DNA of 32,000 nucleotides, taken from the NCBI RefSeq assembly GCF_014280195.1, contig NZ_CP047960.1, forward strand, positions 1 through 32,000. The letters are read 5' to 3'. This DNA comes from Synechococcus sp. A15-24. Lineage in GTDB: Bacteria > Cyanobacteriota > Cyanobacteriia > PCC-6307 > Cyanobiaceae. The position numbers and the translations under genes are program-made. The notes beneath the pieces are model-generated. The model saw only the letters and a program-made list of their open reading frames with translations. It searched no databases and was not told the origin of the DNA. Positions 1-10,334 of this stretch are shown here, piece by piece (position 1 is the stretch's first letter; each line of letters starts with the position of its first letter).

Positions 1-38
1 ATGGTCAGTGTTCCCCATTTCCCCAGGCCCTACGACGA

Positions 39-80
39 CTGTTTTGGTTTTACTTCTTAAAAAGAACTAAAACAAAACAG
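39..80. repeat. AT-rich imperfect inverted repeat (hairpin-capable) in the spacer upstream of dnaN
   Basis: The sequence is ctgttttggttttacttctt-aaa-aagaactaaaacaaaacag. The reverse complement of the right arm (ctgttttgttttagttctt) differs from the left arm by one extra g and one c/g mismatch. It is the most AT-rich stretch at this end of the window and ends 94 nt before the dnaN ATG. Its function is unknown. Confidence 0.55.
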
Positions 81-173
81 CCGAAGAACGGTTGGGCTCA
101 ACCAGCCATTGCGCTTCGTTCTCGGCTGTGAAACGGTGGGGCATCGATACCCAGCGAACAGGCCTGCAGCACG

Positions 174-1331
174 ATGAAGGTGGTGTGCTCCCAGTCCGAA
201 CTCAACGCCGCTCTGCAGCTCGTGAGCCGTGCTGTGGCAACTCGCCCTACACACCCGGTTCTGGCCAATGTGCTGCTGACGGCCGATGCCGGCACCGATC
301 GCCTCAGCCTCACTGGATTTGATCTCAACCTCGGCATCCAGACCTCGCTCACTGCCAGTGTCGAGACCAGTGGAGCCATCACGCTCCCGGCTCGGCTGCT
401 CGGTGAAATCGTGTCGCGACTGGCCAGTGATTCCCCGCTCACGCTCACCACGGAGGAATCCGGAGAGCAGGTGCAACTCAACAGCCTGAGCGGCAGCTAC
501 CAGATGCGGGGCATGCCGGCAGACGATTACCCGGATCTACCGATGGTGGAAAGCGGCTTGACCCTCAAACTGCAAGCGTCTGGGTTGGTGCAGGCACTGA
601 AGGGAACCCTTTTTGCCAGCAGTGGTGATGAAGCCAAACAGTTGCTCACAGGCGTTCATCTCAGCTTCACCGATACAAATCTGGAGGCTGCCGCTACCGA
701 TGGTCATCGATTGGCGGTGTTGCAGGTGAACGATGCCCTTCAGGCAGCAGCTGAGGGTACGGAGGGCGAGGGTGCTGCATTTGCCGTGACCTTGCCGGCG
801 CGATCCCTACGTGAGGTGGAGCGGTTGGTGGCCGGGTGGCGGTCGGAGGATCCGATCAGCCTGTTCTGTGATCGGGGTCAGGTGGTGTTCCTCGCGGCTG
901 ATCAGATGGTCACGAGCCGCACGCTGGAGGGGACCTATCCCAATTACCGCCAGCTGATTCCCGATGGGTTCAGCCGCACGTTGACCATGGATCGCCGTGC
1001 TCTGGTGGGAGCTCTCGAACGCATCGCAGTCCTAGCCGATCAGCACAACAACGTCGTCAAATTCAGCAGCCAGCCCGAATCAGGTGTGGTGCTGATCAGT
1101 GCCGATGCACAGGATGTTGGCAGTGGTTCTGAGTCTCTTGCTGCAGGTCTCAGCGGCGATGCGATTCAGATCGCGTTCAATGTCCGCTACATGCTCGACG
1201 GTTTGAAAGCCATGGCCGGAGATCGGGTGGTTCTGCACTGCAATGCCCCCACCACTCCAGCGGTGTTGCGTCCTATGGAGGATGGTGATGGCTTCACCTA
1301 TCTCGTGATGCCGGTTCAGATCCGCTCCTGA
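174..1331 (+). CDS. dnaN: DNA polymerase III beta subunit (sliding clamp)
   Basis: 385-aa ORF with an ATG start. The N-terminus MKVVCSQSELNAALQLVSRAV, internal ATDGHRLA and TLEGTYPNYRQLIP, and C-terminal YLVMPVQIR are typical beta-clamp sequence. The length fits the three-domain clamp. Confidence 0.97.
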   Translation: MKVVCSQSELNAALQLVSRAVATRPTHPVLANVLLTADAGTDRLSLTGFDLNLGIQTSLTASVETSGAITLPARLLGEIVSRLASDSPLTLTTEESGEQVQLNSLSGSYQMRGMPADDYPDLPMVESGLTLKLQASGLVQALKGTLFASSGDEAKQLLTGVHLSFTDTNLEAAATDGHRLAVLQVNDALQAAAEGTEGEGAAFAVTLPARSLREVERLVAGWRSEDPISLFCDRGQVVFLAADQMVTSRTLEGTYPNYRQLIPDGFSRTLTMDRRALVGALERIAVLADQHNNVVKFSSQPESGVVLISADAQDVGSGSESLAAGLSGDAIQIAFNVRYMLDGLKAMAGDRVVLHCNAPTTPAVLRPMEDGDGFTYLVMPVQIRS

Positions 1332-1332
1332 A

Positions 1333-2058
1333 TTGGCGCTTCCCGACCAGCTTCTGCTCAGTGATCTGCTGCAGCACACCGTGCGCTGCGATCTAGGGCT
1401 TGACCATGGCCCCGGTGTAATGGCTTGGATTCATCCACCGGTGCATCGTCTGTTGGGTTGGGTGAGCCGGCCGTCCGCGTTGCGGATGACCCGTGAGGTG
1501 TGGCGTCTGGATCAATGCTGTGGTCTCACGGATCAGCAGATCTATGTGCGAGGTGAGCCGGCGGTCACTGATCCAGCCACCTTGGATCGACTGCCGACCC
1601 TGCTGGAGTCGGATCTGCTGGCACGTGATGGAGAACGCCTTGGTGCTGTGGTGGACCTGGTGTTTGAGCCATCAACTGGGGAGATCGACCACTATCTGGT
1701 GGCCCGCAGCGATCCTCGTCTTCCAGGAAGTTCCCGTTGGCGGCTGACACCGGAACGGATCGTGGACCATCAACCCGGCCGGGTGATCACCGCCTTAGAA
1801 GGATTGGATGATCTGCCGATGACGCGCGCCAGTGTTCGCCAGGATCTGTTGCGGCGTACCCAACGCTGGCGCGAGCAGTTGCGTGACATGGGCGATCGGG
1901 CTGGGGATCGACTGGAAGGTTGGCTGGAGGATCCTCTCTGGGACGAAACGCAGCGTGCTGAACCGCCACAACCGAGCTCGCAGGACGGTCCTGAAATCTG
2001 GGATGAGGAGGGATGGCGGGATGGTCGCCGTCAGCGTGACGAAGATCCCTGGGTGTGA
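1333..2058 (+). CDS. PRC-barrel domain protein with an acidic, Trp-rich C-terminal tail (function unknown)
   Basis: 241-aa ORF with a TTG start 1 nt after the dnaN stop. The N-terminal [11 protein letters not shown]...GLDHG and a second [29 protein letters not shown] segment resemble PRC-barrel strands. The tail is W/D/E/R-rich ([11 protein letters not shown]...[21 protein letters not shown]). The start is uncertain, with an alternative ATG at 1420. Confidence 0.75.
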   Translation: MALPDQLLLSDLLQHTVRCDLGLDHGPGVMAWIHPPVHRLLGWVSRPSALRMTREVWRLDQCCGLTDQQIYVRGEPAVTDPATLDRLPTLLESDLLARDGERLGAVVDLVFEPSTGEIDHYLVARSDPRLPGSSRWRLTPERIVDHQPGRVITALEGLDDLPMTRASVRQDLLRRTQRWREQLRDMGDRAGDRLEGWLEDPLWDETQRAEPPQPSSQDGPEIWDEEGWRDGRRQRDEDPWV

Positions 2059-4409
2059 TCCCGCCGTCGGCAACACTGGGAATAGCTGCTGGTCAGTCCC
2101 GCGTGTCCTCCCCTGCCTACGACGTCAATGCGGCTCTGAAACAGGAAGGTCTGAAACCGTCGGATTGGCAGGAGATCTGTCGGCGGCTTGGACGGGAGCC
2201 CAACCGTGCCGAGTTGGGGATGTTCGGGGTGATGTGGTCCGAACACTGCTGCTATCGCAACTCCAGGCCGCTGTTGCGGGGGTTTCCAACGGAAGGTCCC
2301 CGAATTTTGGTGGGTCCTGGTGAAAATGCCGGTGTGGTCGACCTGGGGGAAGGCCATCGCTTGGCCTTCAAGATTGAAAGCCACAACCATCCCTCAGCGG
2401 TGGAGCCCTTTCAAGGTGCCGCCACCGGCGTCGGCGGCATCCTGCGGGACATCTTCACCATGGGAGCTCGTCCGATCGCGTTGCTGAATGCATTGCGTTT
2501 TGGCCCCCTGGAGGACCCCGTCAACGTCGGGCTGATCGAAGGCGTTGTGGCCGGCATCGCCCATTACGGCAATTGCGTTGGTGTGCCCACCGTTGGTGGT
2601 GAAGTGGCTTTCGATCCCTCCTACGGGGGGAATCCTCTGGTGAACGCCATGGCGTTGGGTCTGATGGAGACCGAAGAGATCGTCAAGTCCTGCGCCCAGG
2701 GGGTGGGGAATCCTGTGGTTTATGTGGGCAGCACCACCGGTCGGGATGGCATGGGCGGCGCCAGCTTCGCCAGTGCTGAACTCAGTGCCGATTCCCTGGA
2801 TGACCGCCCTGCCGTTCAGGTTGGCGATCCCTTCCTGGAAAAAGGGTTGATCGAGGCCTGTCTGGAGGCATTTTCCAGTGGTGATGTGGTGGCTGCTCAG
2901 GACATGGGGGCTGCCGGACTCACCTGCAGCTGTTCGGAAATGGCGGCCAAAGGTGGTCTGGGGGTTGAGCTCGACCTCGATCGGGTTCCGGCCCGCGAAG
3001 AAGGCATGACGGCCTACGAATTTCTGCTCTCGGAGTCCCAGGAGCGGATGTTGTTTGTGGTGAAGGCCGGCCGTGAAGAAGCGCTGATGCAGCGCTTCCG
3101 ACGCTGGGGTCTGCAGGCCGCTGTGGTGGGTCAGGTCCTGCAGGAACCCGTGGTGCGCGTGCTGCATCACGGCGAGGTGGCCGCTGAGGTGCCGGCCACC
3201 GCTTTGGCGGATGACACGCCCATTGAGCAGCACGAGCTGTTGCAGGAGCCTCCTGCGGATCTTCAGGAGCTTTGGCAATGGCAGGAGAGTCAGCTCCCTG
3301 CTTTGGACGACCCTGCAAGCGTTCTGTTGACCTTGCTTGATGATCCGACCATCGCCAGCAAGCGGTGGGTGCATCGCCAGTACGACCAGCAGGTGCTTGC
3401 CAATACGGTGGTCTCCTCTGGAGCCGCGGATGCCGCTGTGGTGCGCTTGCGTCCGCAGCAGGACCATGGATCCATGAACTCTGTGCAGCGGGGTGTGGCT
3501 GCCACGGTGGATTGCCCCAACCGTTGGGTGGCTTTGGATCCCGAGCGTGGTGCTCAGGCGGCCGTTGCTGAAGCTGCCCGCAACCTGAGTTGCGTCGGTG
3601 CAGAACCATTGGCGATCACCGACAACCTCAATTTCCCTTCGCCGGAAACACCCAAGGGGTACTGGCAGCTGGCCATGGCTTGCCGTGGGATCGCGGAGGC
3701 CTGCCGTGCTCTGAACACACCGGTCACCGGCGGCAACGTCTCCCTATACAACGAGACCCGCCGTGATGACGGCACGCTTCAACCCATCCATCCGACCCCG
3801 GTGGTGGGCATGGTCGGCTTGGTGGAGGACATCGAGCGGGTGGTTGGTCTGGGTTGGCGACAACCCGGCGATTCGGTGTTGTTGCTGGGCGTAGCACCGC
3901 ATGAACAGGGGGATGACCGCCTTGGTCTTGCCGGCAGCAGTTATCAGATGCTGGTCAACGGGGTGTTGGCGGGTCGGCCACCACGGGTGGATTTCGAGTT
4001 GGAACGTGAGGTTCAGCAGCTGTTGCAGCAGGCCATTGCTGCTTGTTTGTTGGCCTCTGCCCACGACAGCAGCGATGGCGGTCTCGCTGTAGCCCTGGCG
4101 GAAAGCAGTATTGCGTCAGCTCTTGGCGTTGACCTGAAGCTCAATGGGCGACCTGAGGGCCTGGCGCGAACGTTGTTTGCTGAAGGTGGTGCCCGGGTGG
4201 CGATCTCAGTGAAAGCTGAATGCCGGCCGCAGTGGGATCAGCTTGCGGCTGAGTCGACGGTTCCCATCACTGAGCTCGGTGTGGTGAGAGATGGTTCAAC
4301 ATTCCGGATCCACTGCGGTGACAAGGATGTACAGCTGTCGTTGGCTGATCTGAAGCGGGCCCATCAGGAGGGTTTGCCGCGCCGGATCGGGGGTGAGGCA
4401 GAATCCTGA
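2055..4409 (+). CDS. purL: Phosphoribosylformylglycinamidine synthase subunit PurL
   Basis: 784-aa ORF with the motifs [18 protein letters not shown] and [28 protein letters not shown] and duplicated AIR-synthase-like halves. The GTG at 2055 overlaps the upstream stop (GTGA). An in-frame GTG at 2103 is an alternative start. Confidence 0.95.
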   Translation: MIPPSATLGIAAGQSRVSSPAYDVNAALKQEGLKPSDWQEICRRLGREPNRAELGMFGVMWSEHCCYRNSRPLLRGFPTEGPRILVGPGENAGVVDLGEGHRLAFKIESHNHPSAVEPFQGAATGVGGILRDIFTMGARPIALLNALRFGPLEDPVNVGLIEGVVAGIAHYGNCVGVPTVGGEVAFDPSYGGNPLVNAMALGLMETEEIVKSCAQGVGNPVVYVGSTTGRDGMGGASFASAELSADSLDDRPAVQVGDPFLEKGLIEACLEAFSSGDVVAAQDMGAAGLTCSCSEMAAKGGLGVELDLDRVPAREEGMTAYEFLLSESQERMLFVVKAGREEALMQRFRRWGLQAAVVGQVLQEPVVRVLHHGEVAAEVPATALADDTPIEQHELLQEPPADLQELWQWQESQLPALDDPASVLLTLLDDPTIASKRWVHRQYDQQVLANTVVSSGAADAAVVRLRPQQDHGSMNSVQRGVAATVDCPNRWVALDPERGAQAAVAEAARNLSCVGAEPLAITDNLNFPSPETPKGYWQLAMACRGIAEACRALNTPVTGGNVSLYNETRRDDGTLQPIHPTPVVGMVGLVEDIERVVGLGWRQPGDSVLLLGVAPHEQGDDRLGLAGSSYQMLVNGVLAGRPPRVDFELEREVQQLLQQAIAACLLASAHDSSDGGLAVALAESSIASALGVDLKLNGRPEGLARTLFAEGGARVAISVKAECRPQWDQLAAESTVPITELGVVRDGSTFRIHCGDKDVQLSLADLKRAHQEGLPRRIGGEAES

Positions 4410-5898
4410 AGGAATTCTGAAGTCGAGGCGCTCAGTGCACGTGCTGGAGGCAGAGCGTCCCGATCGGATGGAAGAGGCCTGCGGTGTCTTCGCCGTTCTG
4501 GCCGGGGAACAACCGGTGGCGAACTTGGCTTATTTCGGTCTGTATGCCCTGCAGCATCGAGGCCAGGAATCGGCTGGCATCGCTGTGTTCAACGAAGGCA
4601 AGGTTCGCCTTCACAAGGACATGGGTCTGGTCAGCCAGGTGTTTGATCAGGACGTGCTGGCCCGCATGCCCGGAGACCTGGCGATCGGCCACAACCGCTA
4701 CTCCACAACGGGCAGCAGTCGGGTGTGCAATGCCCAACCTGTGGTGCTGATGACGCGGCTGGGGGCCTTTGCTCTGGCCCACAACGGCAACCTGGTGAAT
4801 GCCCGCGAATTGCGGGAGTTGGTGGACGACGGACAGGCGGAGTTCACCTCAACAACGGATTCGGAACTGATCGCCTTCGCTGTGCAGCAGGCGGTGGATC
4901 GTGGGCTCGACTGGTCAGCTGCCATCGAGGCCGCGCTCAAGCTGTGTCGGGGTGCGTTCAGCCTTGCAATCGGAACTCCGGATGGTCTGTTTGCTGTACG
5001 CGATGGTCACGGCATCCGTCCTTTGGTGTTCGGCACGCTGGGGGATCCAGCCACTGGTCATTGGGTGGTGAGCAGTGAGACCTGTGGCTTGGAGATCATC
5101 GGCGCCCGCTACGTCGACGATGTCCAGCCCGGTGAATTGGTCCGGTTTGAACTCGGATCAGCAGAGCCTCAGCGCCGGCGTTGGAGTGAGGAACCGAACC
5201 GCCTGTGCGTGTTCGAGATGATTTATTTCGCCAGGCCGGACAGTCAGTTCTTCGGCGAGTCCCTCTACAGCTACCGCCAGCGCATTGGACGAACCCTTGC
5301 TCGAGAGTCGTGCGTGGAGGCTGATCTGGTGATCGGTGTTCCCGATTCCGGCATTCCTGCAGCCATCGGTTTTTCTCAGGAAAGCGGCATTCCCTATGGC
5401 GATGGTCTGATCAAGAACCGTTATGTCGGCCGTACGTTCATCCAGCCGACCCAGGCGATGCGGGAAGCGGGCATTCGGGTGAAACTCAACCCTCTGCCGG
5501 ATGTACTGGCCGGAAAGCGCTTGATCGTGATTGATGACTCGATCGTGCGTGGCACCACCAGCCGCAAATTGGTGGTGGCGTTACGGGATGCCGGTGCCAC
5601 TGAGGTGCACATGCGGATCAGTTCGCCTCCGGTGACGCATCCCTGCTTCTACGGGATCGACACCGACACCCAGGATCAACTGATCGCCGCTCAGATGACC
5701 CTTGAGCAGATCAAGGATCACCTCAAGGTGGATTCCTTGGCGTATCTCAGCAAGGAAGGAATGCTCGAGGCTGCGAAGTCTGAGTCCGGCCATTTCTGCA
5801 GCGCCTGTTTTGACGGGCAGTACCCGATCCCCATGGATCAGACGTTGCTGTCCAGCAAATTGATGATGGAGCCTGCGGGGATTGCCGCGAAGTCTTGA
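4393..5898 (+). CDS. purF: Amidophosphoribosyltransferase (glutamine PRPP amidotransferase)
   Basis: A propeptide is followed by the nucleophile Cys ([14 protein letters not shown]). Other motifs are [18 protein letters not shown], the PRPP loop [14 protein letters not shown], and Fe-S cysteines ([17 protein letters not shown]). The start could be GTG at 4393, 4435 or 4441, or ATG at 4468. Confidence 0.95.
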   Translation: MRQNPEGILKSRRSVHVLEAERPDRMEEACGVFAVLAGEQPVANLAYFGLYALQHRGQESAGIAVFNEGKVRLHKDMGLVSQVFDQDVLARMPGDLAIGHNRYSTTGSSRVCNAQPVVLMTRLGAFALAHNGNLVNARELRELVDDGQAEFTSTTDSELIAFAVQQAVDRGLDWSAAIEAALKLCRGAFSLAIGTPDGLFAVRDGHGIRPLVFGTLGDPATGHWVVSSETCGLEIIGARYVDDVQPGELVRFELGSAEPQRRRWSEEPNRLCVFEMIYFARPDSQFFGESLYSYRQRIGRTLARESCVEADLVIGVPDSGIPAAIGFSQESGIPYGDGLIKNRYVGRTFIQPTQAMREAGIRVKLNPLPDVLAGKRLIVIDDSIVRGTTSRKLVVALRDAGATEVHMRISSPPVTHPCFYGIDTDTQDQLIAAQMTLEQIKDHLKVDSLAYLSKEGMLEAAKSESGHFCSACFDGQYPIPMDQTLLSSKLMMEPAGIAAKS

Positions 5899-8373
5899 TC
5901 AGCTGGTTTTCAGGGCCACCACTGAAACCACCTGTTCTTTGCTGTTCAGATCAAGTTGATTGCCCCAGGACTGGCCTGCTGCTGTTACTTCAACTGCACC
6001 GGCGTCCAGTCGTCCATGGCGTTTCTGATCGGTCACGATTCCGGCCAGGGAATCTCCGGAACAAAGTCCAGCCACGGAGTCTTCATCGGCACTGAGCACA
6101 ACCGCCATGAACCCCAGATCTCCCCGTTGGCAACGACGCAGTGGACTGAGGTCGATCCGCGTCATCTGACCTTTGCGGCTGACCAGCAGCAGGGTTGGAT
6201 CTGTTTCAGCTACGTCGATCGACAGGCTCCCCACGAGTTCTTCTCCAGGAAGAAGACGCATGGTCATCGGTCCCTGCGCCAGACGCCCCATCTTGGGCAG
6301 CACCGAATCATTCACAGGCAGCCGCAGCAGACGCCCCATACTGCTGACCAAGACCAGATCACTGTGTTCGCGACAGATCACGGCTGAACAAAGGCTCACG
6401 CCCTCCTTCAACTTCACCACGCTGATGGCTCGGCCAGAGAGGTCAAGAACGTCGGTCAGGGGGAGTCGCTTAAAACGTCCATCGCTGCTGAGTAGCCCAA
6501 GGCTCAGCTCTGCGCCATCACCCACGGGGAGTTCCACGATGGCGATCAATGGGTCACCGTCCAGACCGCTGGGTAGAAATTTCTCCAGGGATCCAGGCTG
6601 TTGTCCGGCGAATTCCCAGCGGACCAAAGCAACGCGACCACTGGCGCTGACCCCCAGGAGTCGGGGTGATGGTTCGATTGGGAGGATGACTTGTGCCGGA
6701 GAGGGGTGGTCACCCACGGCACAAGGTTCGGACAGGTGCATGCGACCCAGCACCTGGGGACTCATCACCTTCACCTGCCCATCAGCTTGGATGAGCAGTC
6801 GTGCATCGGTAGGCAAGGCTGCCAGGGCCTGCTGACGCAGCAGCTCAGTATTGGGTCGCTGGCTGGCGGCCCGTTCCGCCATCAGGGCATCGCCACCTTC
6901 CACCAGTCGCGTCCGGCGCGGCGTGCTGAAGCGCTTTTTCAGTCCCTTCAGCTCCTGGACCATTGCATCGAGCAGTTGATCCCGGTTGTCCAGCAGTAGA
7001 CGCAAACGTTCCCGTTCCGCTTGCAACTCCTCGAGTTCCTGACGCAGGCTTTCCTGTTCCAGACCAGTCAACCGTCGCAGTGGCATGGCCAGAACGGCGT
7101 CAGCTTGGCGTTCGCTCAGATCGAGGCGCACCATCAGGCTGGCTCGCGCCGAAGCGGCATCGCGCGCTTCTTGAATCATCGTGATCACTGCCTGAAGGTT
7201 GTTCAGCGCGGTGATCAGACCGTCGACCACCTCGAGGCGGTCTTCCGTTTTGCGCAACGCATGGCTGGTGCGCCGGATCAGGGTCAGTTCCCTGTAATCC
7301 AGGAAGGTCTGCAACAACTGGCGTAAGGAGAGCTGGCGGGGCTGACCATCAACAAGGGCCAGAAGGATGGCTCCGAAGTTGCTCTGCAGTGCCGTGCGCC
7401 GTTGCAGATCCGCCAGCACCTTGGCTGGATCGGCATCGCGTCGCAGCTCCACCACCACCCGCATTCCCTCGCGGTCGCTTTCATCGCGGATATCGGCGAT
7501 GCCGCCGATCTTGCCGTCATTCACGTATTCCGCCAGCTTTTCGATCCAGCCGGCCTTGCTCAGCTGATAAGGGAGTTCCGTCACCACAACGGCATTGCGT
7601 TTGTGGCGACCCTTGCCAGGTTGTACTTCTTCGATGTGGGCAATCCCTCGCATCGGGATGCTGCCCCGTCCCACCAGGTAGGTGTCTTGTAGGCCACTGC
7701 TCAGCAGTACTTCCCCACCCGTGGGGAAATCAGGCCCTGGAATGAGTTCCAGCAATTTGCTGTCGCTGAGCTCCGGTTGACGGATTAAGGCCACCAGGCC
7801 GTCCACCACTTCGCCGAGGTTGTGGGGAGGGATGCTGGTGGCCATGCCCACGGCAATGCCCGAACAGCCGTTCAGCAAGAGAAAGGGCAGTTGCGCCGGC
7901 AGCACGGTCGGTTCCTGCTGGGACCCATCGAAGTTCGGAGCGAAATCAACGGTGTCGTCGCCGATTTCCTCCAGCAATGCCTGGTGAGCAATCGGTGCCA
8001 GGCGCGTTTCGGTGTAGCGCATGGCTGCCGGCGGGTCATCGTCGACGGATCCGAAGTTTCCGTGACCATCCAGCAGTGGGTGGCGACTGGCGAAGGTCTG
8101 AACAAGTCGGACCAAGGCGTCGTAAACCGCTTGATCGCCGTGAGGATGGTATTTACCGAGGACATCCCCGACGACGCGGGCGCATTTGCGGTACGGCCGG
8201 TCTGGGGTGAGCCCCAGTTCCTGCATCGCGTAGAGGATCCGGCGTTGCACCGGTTTCAAGCCGTCGCGGGCATCGGGCAAGGCCCGTCCCACGATCACGC
8301 TCATGGCGTATTCGAGGTAGGAGCGCTGCATCTCCTGATGCAGAGCAATTGATTCAACGCGCTCCTCAGCCAT
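5899..8373 (-). CDS. Type IIA topoisomerase subunit A (GyrA/ParC family), with no GyrA box visible
   Basis: 824-aa ORF with an ATG start. Motifs include [20 protein letters not shown], the catalytic-Tyr motif AAMRYTE and SIPPHNL. The C-terminal beta-pinwheel-like region has blades such as [13 protein letters not shown], but I found no QRRGGKG-type motif. Confidence 0.93.
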   Translation of the reverse strand: MAEERVESIALHQEMQRSYLEYAMSVIVGRALPDARDGLKPVQRRILYAMQELGLTPDRPYRKCARVVGDVLGKYHPHGDQAVYDALVRLVQTFASRHPLLDGHGNFGSVDDDPPAAMRYTETRLAPIAHQALLEEIGDDTVDFAPNFDGSQQEPTVLPAQLPFLLLNGCSGIAVGMATSIPPHNLGEVVDGLVALIRQPELSDSKLLELIPGPDFPTGGEVLLSSGLQDTYLVGRGSIPMRGIAHIEEVQPGKGRHKRNAVVVTELPYQLSKAGWIEKLAEYVNDGKIGGIADIRDESDREGMRVVVELRRDADPAKVLADLQRRTALQSNFGAILLALVDGQPRQLSLRQLLQTFLDYRELTLIRRTSHALRKTEDRLEVVDGLITALNNLQAVITMIQEARDAASARASLMVRLDLSERQADAVLAMPLRRLTGLEQESLRQELEELQAERERLRLLLDNRDQLLDAMVQELKGLKKRFSTPRRTRLVEGGDALMAERAASQRPNTELLRQQALAALPTDARLLIQADGQVKVMSPQVLGRMHLSEPCAVGDHPSPAQVILPIEPSPRLLGVSASGRVALVRWEFAGQQPGSLEKFLPSGLDGDPLIAIVELPVGDGAELSLGLLSSDGRFKRLPLTDVLDLSGRAISVVKLKEGVSLCSAVICREHSDLVLVSSMGRLLRLPVNDSVLPKMGRLAQGPMTMRLLPGEELVGSLSIDVAETDPTLLLVSRKGQMTRIDLSPLRRCQRGDLGFMAVVLSADEDSVAGLCSGDSLAGIVTDQKRHGRLDAGAVEVTAAGQSWGNQLDLNSKEQVVSVVALKTS

Positions 8374-8418
8374 GTCGTCCGCTGGACCTGTCGCGGAAGG
8401 GGCTCAGCCTACAGAGGT

Positions 8419-9300
8419 TCACTGGCGTTTTTTCCAGGTGGCGTTGGCTTGAGCCCGTTCCACACTGCTGACCATCTCCGGAAGGGCTAGGAGGCGGGCG
8501 GTGGCTTGGCGGATCTTCACGCCCCAGAGTTGTTCAATTTGATGAGGGGTCAGGACGTAGTTGGGTTCTTGATTCAGGGCTTTACGAGCCATTTTTAGGG
8601 GAATATCTGAATCGATTCCTTGCTGATGTAGTGCTGCTGCAAGAGCGAGTAAAGGCTCTGCATTTTCTTCGATTGTGAGCACAGAACGCCAACGACGGAT
8701 CGCTTCATCGGCATTTCCCATTTCGTAAAGCACAAGCGCCTGATTGTTGAGCGCTTCCCAAAAATCAGGCTTTAAATTTGTTGCTCTCTCAAAAGAATCC
8801 AGAGCGCTGGGGAGATCGTCCAGCATGATATGTGCATTACCAAGATCGAAATAGCCAGCAGGGATCTTTGGATCAAGCTCCAGCCCGCGTTCAATCAAAG
8901 GGATGGCTTCCTCCGGTCGCTCATCCCTCAGAGCAAGTGCTCCTTGAGCAAACCAGAGTCCTGCTTTGTCTGGATTGAGCTCTTTGGCCCGAGCCAGGGA
9001 CTGGCTGGCCTGGTCAAGGTCGTCACTGCGCAGTTGCGCCTCCGCGAGGACGGACCAAAGGCGTTCATCTTGTGGATCCAAGCGAACGGCAAGAGCTGCC
9101 AGCTTTGCCGCTTCCTTGGGTTGACCCATCTGGAGTAACTGAGCTGCCGTGCGTCCGATACCGATGGCTGATCCCGTCAGTTCTTCTGAACTTGGAACGT
9201 AGACATAGGGAACAACGGCTTTTGCTGACGGTGCGCCGACGATCGCTGCAGCGCTCAGCAACGCAATCAGGAAGCGTTGACGAATCCTGTTGTTGAACAC
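8419..9300 (-). CDS. Secreted or periplasmic TPR-repeat protein
   Basis: 293-aa ORF with a GTG start. It has an N-terminal signal-like segment (RQRFLIALLSAAAIVGAPSAKA). It also has several about 34-aa TPR-like units, for example W..LAEAQLRSDDLDQASQSLARAKELNPD and YFDLGNAHIMLDDLPSALDSFERATNLKPD. Confidence 0.85.
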   Translation of the reverse strand: MFNNRIRQRFLIALLSAAAIVGAPSAKAVVPYVYVPSSEELTGSAIGIGRTAAQLLQMGQPKEAAKLAALAVRLDPQDERLWSVLAEAQLRSDDLDQASQSLARAKELNPDKAGLWFAQGALALRDERPEEAIPLIERGLELDPKIPAGYFDLGNAHIMLDDLPSALDSFERATNLKPDFWEALNNQALVLYEMGNADEAIRRWRSVLTIEENAEPLLALAAALHQQGIDSDIPLKMARKALNQEPNYVLTPHQIEQLWGVKIRQATARLLALPEMVSSVERAQANATWKKRQ

Positions 9301-9319
9301 ACGTCCGAGTCAGCGGTTT

Positions 9320-10285
9320 TCAAAGGCTAGAGGGAGGATCCGGTTGTGCTGCCGCAGCGTTGCGTCGCCACATCCAGGGTTTGATCCGACGGAGAGCTGA
9401 TCCCTGCAAGTGGGTGTCCCAGGTTGAGGCGTCCCAGGTGTCCAGCGTGTCTTTGTTGAGATTGAGAAGCCAGGGGCGCGGTTGCAGTTCGGGATCCTCA
9501 CTGCTCGGCAGCCGCTGATGGTTCCAGGGGCAAACCTCCTGGCAGATGTCGCAGCCGGCGACCCAAGGGCCGAGGGCATCAGCGATCTGATCAGGAAGCT
9601 CAGCATCTCGATTTTCGATGGTATGAAACGCGATGCATCGGCGGGAATCGACGACGAACGGTTCTGTGATGGCGTCTGTCGGACAGGCATCCATGCAGGC
9701 TTTGCAGCGACCGCAGAGACTTCGGGCCGGTTCATCGGGTTCGAGATCCAAGGTGGTGAGCAGATGGCCGATCACCATCCACGACCCCCGTTGGTCGTGG
9801 ATGAGGTTGCTGTGTTTACCGATCCAGCCCAGACCGGCTTCCTCCGCCCATGCCTTGTCCAGCAGCGGTGCGGAATCCACACAAGCTTTCCATTCGCAAT
9901 CTGGACGCAGGTCTGACAACCAACGCCCCACGCGGCGGAGCCGCTGGTCCACGACCCGGTGGTAATCCCTTCCCCATCCGTAACGAGCCACACGAAGTGA
10001 GCCTGGTGCCGCCTGCACGTCCACGTGGTAATTCAGACCGACCGCCAGAAGGCTTCGGGCACCCTTTAACAATGTTGTCGGGTCCTTCCTGCGCGGTGCG
10101 GCCATCCAACCCATGTCAGCCTGATGACCGGCGTCGAGCCAACGCTCCAATGCGGCTGTTCTGAGCTGGAGCCTTTTGCTTCCCGGAAGCCGTGCGATTC
10201 CGACCGGTGAGAATCCTTCGGCCAGTGCCCGCTGCTTAAGCGCCAGGCTCAGCTGCTGATCTGATGTGGTTAGCAGTTCCGACAT
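9320..10285 (-). CDS. queG: Epoxyqueuosine reductase (tRNA queuosine biosynthesis)
   Basis: 321-aa ORF with an ATG start. It has two ferredoxin-type clusters (CGRCKACMDACPTDAI and CDICQEVCPWN), and the overall layout matches QueG. Confidence 0.9.
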   Translation of the reverse strand: MSELLTTSDQQLSLALKQRALAEGFSPVGIARLPGSKRLQLRTAALERWLDAGHQADMGWMAAPRRKDPTTLLKGARSLLAVGLNYHVDVQAAPGSLRVARYGWGRDYHRVVDQRLRRVGRWLSDLRPDCEWKACVDSAPLLDKAWAEEAGLGWIGKHSNLIHDQRGSWMVIGHLLTTLDLEPDEPARSLCGRCKACMDACPTDAITEPFVVDSRRCIAFHTIENRDAELPDQIADALGPWVAGCDICQEVCPWNHQRLPSSEDPELQPRPWLLNLNKDTLDTWDASTWDTHLQGSALRRIKPWMWRRNAAAAQPDPPSSL

Positions 10286-10334
10286 CGTTCCTAGGATCGT
10301 CGGACATACGCATTGTCAGGTGGCAGCAACGGAC

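Noticed and set aside
1333-1380. The N-terminal DQLLLSDLL of the ORF after dnaN as a beta-clamp-binding motif (QL[SD]LF / QLxLxL).
   Set aside because: The match is loose. The same L-S-D-L-L...V pattern is the usual first strand of PRC-barrel domains, so it is better explained as part of the fold.
2394-3467. A 357-aa minus-strand ORF antisense to purL. Similar long antisense or shadow ORFs occur at 2920-3609, 10635-11219, 11002-11901, 20361-21125, 20936-21679, 22255-23205, 23912-24841 and 26105-26722.
   Set aside because: All lie wholly inside strongly supported genes on the other strand. Their products are Arg/Pro/Gly/His-rich low-complexity sequence with no motif I recognise. Long stop-free antisense frames are expected in GC-rich coding DNA.
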